Shown in pieces: positions 15,002-19,616 of a stretch of 19,616 bases of DNA (position 1 is its first letter; every line of letters starts with the position of its first letter). This DNA is from an uncultured Bacilli bacterium (GTDB taxonomy: Bacteria; Bacillota_I; Bacilli_A; RF39; UBA660), in assembly GCA_947626095.1 (NCBI GenBank), contig CANQQV010000022.1, forward strand, positions 1-19,616, in the 5' to 3' direction. The notes beneath the pieces were generated by a model that worked only from the letters and a program-made list of their open reading frames with translations, was not told the DNA's origin and made no database searches. A program made the position numbers and the translations under genes.

Positions 15002-15745
15002 CTAATTACATTCATCATCAACTGGACATGTTGAATCTGAAGGATATACTTTACTAAAAGTATTATAGAATTCTTCGTATAAAGTATTATATTGTTTATC
15101 AGTCATTTCTGAATACTTATCCTGTCCTTCTTCTAATGTTCTACTTATTCCTTTAGCTTCAACAATCCCACCATTTTTAATTGTAATAAAGAATGGAATA
15201 TATATTCTTTTTTCACCTGTACTATAAGTTTTACCTTCATCATCAGTTAATTCATAATCTCTTAAATAATCTTTTAATTCATCTAATAACTTATAATAAC
15301 TATCAGATCCATTATTAACCTTTTTTAATTCTCCATCTTTAACTTCATAATTAGATTTATCATCATCTAATTCTAGATAATAAATAGTATCTATTTCCAA
15401 TTCTTTAGCTACATCAAACATTGGAGCAAGCATATTACGGCACCATGGGCACCAGTTAGCTCCTACATAAATAATTGTTTTCTTACTATCAAGTAAATCA
15501 ATAGCTTCATCAACAGAAATATATTTAATTGGATTATCTTCTGGAACACTAACATTATTATAATTAGCACCATCAGATTGTCTAACTGTATTATTTAATT
15601 TTTCATATTCTTCTTTAAATCTTAAAGCATCTTCATTTTTATTTTCTGGTTTATCTGGTTTGTTAAAAAATATAAAATAACCTCCTACTATTAAAACTAA
15701 TAATAAAATGACAACTGAAACAATTATTAAAACTTTCTTTTTCAT
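15002..15745 (-). CDS. Membrane-anchored thioredoxin-fold protein
   Basis: N-terminal TM helix; IIYVGANWCPWCR (CxxC); C-terminal CPVDDEC; AAAGGAG RBS. Confidence 0.8.
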   Translation of the reverse strand: MKKKVLIIVSVVILLLVLIVGGYFIFFNKPDKPENKNEDALRFKEEYEKLNNTVRQSDGANYNNVSVPEDNPIKYISVDEAIDLLDSKKTIIYVGANWCPWCRNMLAPMFDVAKELEIDTIYYLELDDDKSNYEVKDGELKKVNNGSDSYYKLLDELKDYLRDYELTDDEGKTYSTGEKRIYIPFFITIKNGGIVEAKGISRTLEEGQDKYSEMTDKQYNTLYEEFYNTFSKVYPSDSTCPVDDECN

Positions 15746-15806
15746 CTAATTTACTCCTTTCAAAACTAATTATAATATATTTTAAAAAAATAAAAATAAA
15801 TAAAAG

Positions 15807-15837
15807 GTTGAATTTACTCAACTAAAAGTTGAATTTA
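15807..15837. promoter_or_regulatory. Nested direct and inverted repeats (candidate XRE operator and/or terminator)
   Basis: GTTGAATTTA at 15807 and 15828 (21-bp period) with palindrome TCAACT-AAA-AGTTGA at 15818-15832. Confidence 0.45.
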
Positions 15838-16545
15838 TTATTTACATTCACTTTTAAGTGATAATGGTATTTTATAAGTTGTTATTGCATCATTTTCTTC
15901 TTTTGCTTCTATTTCTAAATATAAACTATCTTTCGTATAACTCTTACATACTTTTTGATAATTGTCTATCGTAAATGATACCTCTTGTAAGAAGTCTTCC
16001 AAAGTTATTTTTGTATCTTCATCATAATTATAAGTATCAATAACTTTATTAGAATCATTATTATTTTCATATAAAGTACATTTTATTTCTTTATATTCCT
16101 TATTATCATCGCCACCACAATAGCTAACATTACTTATATAAATCGAAGATTTTGAATCATTATAAGCAATACTACCACTTATATTAAAATTAGAACAATT
16201 AGCTGATAAAGTTTTAAATACAAAACTATCATTATCGTTGTGATGAATAACTAATAATACAGCAACTAAAATAATTACAATAATAATGATTATTAAAGAA
16301 ATAAGATAAATATTTTTCTTCTTAATATTTTTCTTACTATATTCTCCCTCAAACAAATCATCTATACTAATATTAAAATCTTTACTCATTTGTTTTATCA
16401 AAGATTTATCCGGTAAGTTTTTACCATTCTCCCACTTACTCACTGCTTGATAAGTTACGTTGTATTTATCTGCTAATTCTTTTTGCGTAAGATTATTCTT
16501 TTTTCTTAGTTCTTTAATAAATTTACCAATACGCTCTTGATCCAT
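15838..16545 (-). CDS. XRE-family HTH regulator with single TM and extracellular domain
   Basis: MDQERIGKFIKELRKKNNLTQKELADKYNVTYQAVSKWENGKNLPD; one TM helix; Cys-containing C-terminal domain. Confidence 0.9.
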   Translation of the reverse strand: MDQERIGKFIKELRKKNNLTQKELADKYNVTYQAVSKWENGKNLPDKSLIKQMSKDFNISIDDLFEGEYSKKNIKKKNIYLISLIIIIIVIILVAVLLVIHHNDNDSFVFKTLSANCSNFNISGSIAYNDSKSSIYISNVSYCGGDDNKEYKEIKCTLYENNNDSNKVIDTYNYDEDTKITLEDFLQEVSFTIDNYQKVCKSYTKDSLYLEIEAKEENDAITTYKIPLSLKSECK

Positions 16546-16584
16546 AATTCACTTCCTAACTTACTAAGCAACATTTATGCCTTT

Positions 16585-16596
16585 ATTATACCATGA
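16585..16596 (-). promoter_or_regulatory. Extended -10 promoter
   Basis: TCATGGTATAAT on the minus strand, upstream of the XRE gene. Confidence 0.6.
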
Positions 16597-16665
16597 ATAC
16601 CTTAAGTTAATTGTGAAAATTTGAAAAAAATACTACCCCATGCTACTATACTATTGGTGATTCGT

Positions 16666-17256
16666 ATGTATTATCATGGTGTAATAAATGGTTTAGTAAC
16701 CAAAAAGGTCTTAGAAATAATAAGAGATGGTGAAATTAAATCAGCTACTAAACGAAATGTTATTAATAATACTGGTTTTAATGAAAATGATTATATAAGT
16801 ATTTGTGAATATTTAGGTGAAGACATTTATGAAAAATATCCTAATAACGCCTTTCATAAATATATTTTAAATAATTTTTGCTTTGTAATATCTCCTAATA
16901 TAGAAGTTGAAACACCTATCTTTATACATTCTACTGAAACTCAAGATCGTTTTAATTTAATAAGATTAAGACGTGAAAATAAAGATAAAAGATATAGTGA
17001 TATTATTGATGAACGTCAAGTAAAAGATTCAATTCCTTTTAGTCAAATTGAAGCTATAGGAATTCCTTATGACTTAAAAGAAGTAGATGGTTTTATTAAG
17101 TTATCTACTTTTACCTTTTTAACAAGGGAAGAATTTCAAGAATTTATCGCCACAATTGAAAGTTATGCTACAATACTTGGTATCAAAATAGTTAACAGTT
17201 CTGATCCTAACTTTCCTTTAACTTTTAAAAAAGATGAACCAAAAAAAATAAAGTGA
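16666..17256 (+). CDS. Hypothetical protein, possibly ADP-ribosyltransferase-like fold
   Basis: Start moved to ATG 16666 (GGTGA RBS); YYHG...IIRDGEIKS...DYISIC...DERQVKDSIP pattern. The fold assignment is inference. Confidence 0.65.
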   Translation: MYYHGVINGLVTKKVLEIIRDGEIKSATKRNVINNTGFNENDYISICEYLGEDIYEKYPNNAFHKYILNNFCFVISPNIEVETPIFIHSTETQDRFNLIRLRRENKDKRYSDIIDERQVKDSIPFSQIEAIGIPYDLKEVDGFIKLSTFTFLTREEFQEFIATIESYATILGIKIVNSSDPNFPLTFKKDEPKKIK

Positions 17257-17271
17257 AAAACTTTATTTTTT
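17243..17271. terminator. Bidirectional terminator between convergent genes
   Basis: AAAAAATAAAG-loop-CTTTATTTTTT. Confidence 0.65.
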
Positions 17272-17276
17272 ATATG

Positions 17277-17837
17277 CTATAAAATAACTATGTTTGTCTT
17301 ATTTTCTTCCTCTATATTTTGTGGAACAAAACTAATAATTCGATTATTATTTTTATTTACTTCCTCTTTATAAAACTTTATAAATCTTTTAGGAATCGTC
17401 CAAATTATTTTGGTTCTTTTCTTAAAGACTTCATCATAATCACTAATACCTAAAACAACTAATTCTTCATCTTTTGGAATACTATGATGTCGTTGCCCAT
17501 AACATCCCCCGAAATTACGTCGATCATAATAAAACTCATGAAGCATTACGCCTTTCATTTCATTATCATCGCTTAAAGTTCTTAAATAAGGTAAATTGCA
17601 AATTAAACATCTTATTTCAAAAGGTGTACCATTACCAGAACTATATCCTTGATAATGATCTGGACCATAATCTTCTAATTCACGATAAATATCTCTTTCC
17701 GTTACAACACTCATTAATTTCGTTAAATGAATAGATGTTTTACTAAAAGGTTCTTCTTGCCATCTTTCTGTATTAGTTCGATGCGCAAAATAAGTCCATC
17801 CTTCAGGTATTACTACAGCTTGATTATTATCCATCAT
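17277..17837 (-). CDS. Hypothetical cytoplasmic protein
   Basis: About 186 aa; start moved to ATG 17837 or 17834 (GGAG at 17844-17847); no family recognised. Confidence 0.75.
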   Translation of the reverse strand: MMDNNQAVVIPEGWTYFAHRTNTERWQEEPFSKTSIHLTKLMSVVTERDIYRELEDYGPDHYQGYSSGNGTPFEIRCLICNLPYLRTLSDDNEMKGVMLHEFYYDRRNFGGCYGQRHHSIPKDEELVVLGISDYDEVFKKRTKIIWTIPKRFIKFYKEEVNKNNNRIISFVPQNIEEENKTNIVIL

Positions 17838-17849
17838 AAAATACTCCAA

Positions 17850-18416
17850 TTATTTTTTTAATTCAAAACCATCTTTAAAAGCATTACCAACTCTTTTAGT
17901 TACTTCATAATAACCATGTGTATATGGATCAAATGCTATTGCTTCAACTTTAGTAATATCAACATTATCCCCGTTCATTACTTCTTCATTAGCTGAAACA
18001 TTTACTACTTTACCTACTACACCAATACCATATGTATTATTTTGATATTCAATAAATTCACATTCCATACATATTGGAAATTCATTAATAATTGGGGCAT
18101 CTACCTTACTTGATTTAGTTGCTGTTAAACCACTATTTTCTAATTTATTAGGTGTATTATTCCCTGATACTACACCAAAGTAATCAGCTTCTTTAACATG
18201 TTTAGCATCAGCAATACTAACAGTAAAGGCCTTTCTTGCTTTAATATTTTGTACAGTTTTATGTGATTCAGTTAGATTTAAACCAACTACATCACGATCA
18301 ATCATTGTTCCCCAAGCCGCATTCATCACATTAACACTACCATCTTCATTATATGTTGCAATCATTAGGACGGGCATAGGAAATATTGCTTCTGTAACTT
18401 TTATATTCTTTTTCAA
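17850..18416 (-). CDS. Flavin reductase family protein (flavoredoxin-like)
   Basis: IFPMPVLMIATY, NVMNAAWG, ADYFGVVSG and APIINEFPICMEC; probable TTG start at 18416. Confidence 0.88.
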   Translation of the reverse strand: MKKNIKVTEAIFPMPVLMIATYNEDGSVNVMNAAWGTMIDRDVVGLNLTESHKTVQNIKARKAFTVSIADAKHVKEADYFGVVSGNNTPNKLENSGLTATKSSKVDAPIINEFPICMECEFIEYQNNTYGIGVVGKVVNVSANEEVMNGDNVDITKVEAIAFDPYTHGYYEVTKRVGNAFKDGFELKK

Positions 18417-18444
18417 TTTTATCACTCTTTCTATTAATATTATA

Positions 18445-19521
18445 TCAAAGATTTTTCTTAACAAAAGACACTAATTCATCAGCTGCCTTTTTATTAATTA
18501 TCTTTTTTTGATTATCAACTAATTCTTTTTGTAACTTCTTATTATTTAATAATAAATTAGTATTAGCAATTATTTCATCTATCGTCATAGATACCAAACT
18601 TAAATGATTGTTTTTAAAAAAGTTAGCATTATAGTTTTCTACTCCAGGTATCGGCATGATATGAATCATTGGTTTATTTAAAACCGCTACCTCAGTACTT
18701 GTAAGTCCCCCAGGTTTAGTTAAAACTATATCACACTCTTTAATATAAGCATTCATATTATTAACATAACCATTAACTATTAATTTATCATTTTTTATCT
18801 TTAATAATTGTTGATATAACTTTTCATTATTACCACATATTACTATTATATAAGCATCAATATTTTCTAATAACTTTTTAACAATATCTTTTAGTTTACC
18901 AAAGCCCATACTACCAGAGGTAACTAAAATATTAGGTTTATCTTTTTTTAACTTTAAATTACTATTTACCTTTTGAAAAGTAGAAGAAACAGGAATACCT
19001 AATGGCAATAAAACTTTTTCATCTATTCCCTTACTCGTAAATTCATTTATTAAAGATTTAGCAGGTATAATAAAGTAATCTGGTTTAGTTTCATTCCAAA
19101 AAGGAATATTAGTATAATCTGTTGCTACATTAATAAGTTTAATATCATAACCATTTTTCTTTAAAGCCGTAACTGCCATAGATGGAAATAAATGAGGACA
19201 AATAACTAAGTCATACCCACCATCTTCAAGATATTCTTGTAATTTGTGTTTAGCCAATTTATTTAATTCATAAACCGGACTAGGTAAACCCGTTTTATTA
19301 TAATTTTCACCTAGTTTATACACATTTTTAAATATACGCCCTTCTCCTTTAGTCGATTTCAAATATAACTTTTCTACTTCTTTTGACAACTTATTACCTA
19401 AAATACTAAAATAATCTATAAAATCACATTCAATATTATTTAATTGAAACTCACTTTGAATATAGCGACCACATGAATTATGGCCGCCACCTGTATTACA
19501 CGATAAAATTAATATTTTCAT
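18445..19521 (-). CDS. MGDG-synthase/UgtP-like diacylglycerol glycosyltransferase (GT28)
   Basis: ILSCNTGGGHNS, NVATDY, LGIPV, TKPGGLTSTE and PIPGVENYNA. Confidence 0.9.
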   Translation of the reverse strand: MKILILSCNTGGGHNSCGRYIQSEFQLNNIECDFIDYFSILGNKLSKEVEKLYLKSTKGEGRIFKNVYKLGENYNKTGLPSPVYELNKLAKHKLQEYLEDGGYDLVICPHLFPSMAVTALKKNGYDIKLINVATDYTNIPFWNETKPDYFIIPAKSLINEFTSKGIDEKVLLPLGIPVSSTFQKVNSNLKLKKDKPNILVTSGSMGFGKLKDIVKKLLENIDAYIIVICGNNEKLYQQLLKIKNDKLIVNGYVNNMNAYIKECDIVLTKPGGLTSTEVAVLNKPMIHIMPIPGVENYNANFFKNNHLSLVSMTIDEIIANTNLLLNNKKLQKELVDNQKKIINKKAADELVSFVKKNL

Positions 19522-19616
19522 TTAATCACTCCAATTGTTGTTAAACATATTATATAGATAATCTCGATTAAAAGTTTTATCTAAGAATCTTTCATAAGCA
19601 TTATGTGGTGGAATAC
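19522..19616 (-). CDS. 3' end of an upstream gene (partial, runs off the window)
   Basis: Open frame ...IPPHNAYERFLDKTFNRDYLYNMFNNNWSD* ending in a TAA that abuts the ATG of the glycosyltransferase. Confidence 0.6.
   Translation of the reverse strand, partial: IPPHNAYERFLDKTFNRDYLYNMFNNNWSD

Noticed and set aside
5526-17734. Plus-strand ORFs 5526, 5995, 8410, 9857, 11148, 12722, 13121, 14585 and 17474
   Set aside because: All lie antisense to well-supported minus-strand genes and lack recognisable motifs.
1-19616. Classical integron, prophage or IS element
   Set aside because: No integrase, transposase or phage structural gene, and the junction hairpins lack consistent attC RYYYAAC/GTTRRRY ends.

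Overview
Very AT-rich (roughly 23-25% GC by eye) bacterial DNA using standard genetic code 11, with Firmicutes/Bacilli-type Shine-Dalgarno sites and extended -10 (TGnTATAAT) promoters. It is an accessory-looking array of 26 complete genes, 24 of them on the minus strand, plus a partial CDS at the right edge. The genes include five XRE-HTH/membrane fusion regulators, a VanZ-like protein, TfoX-N, a flavodoxin-like reductase, a DUF4097-like protein, an ORF6N/PLD-like protein, a MATE-cytidylate-kinase-like fusion, TetR, a ProX/PrdX-like editing protein, a GNAT, a thioredoxin-fold protein, a flavin reductase and a glycolipid glycosyltransferase. I saw no integrase, transposase, rRNA, tRNA or CRISPR. 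The most unusual region is the ORF6N locus (3610-4825). A 31-bp near-perfect palindrome encodes part of the protein. The non-coding DNA just upstream holds two in-frame variant copies of that same palindromic segment, with compensatory changes, plus a copy of the gene's first 9 codons. These sit behind a promoter, a putative structured RNA and a terminator. A second pattern is a recurring hairpin-T6-YRTG-N-TATAAT junction between unrelated genes, which may mark cassette-like modules. All family assignments come from motif recognition by eye; no database search was run.
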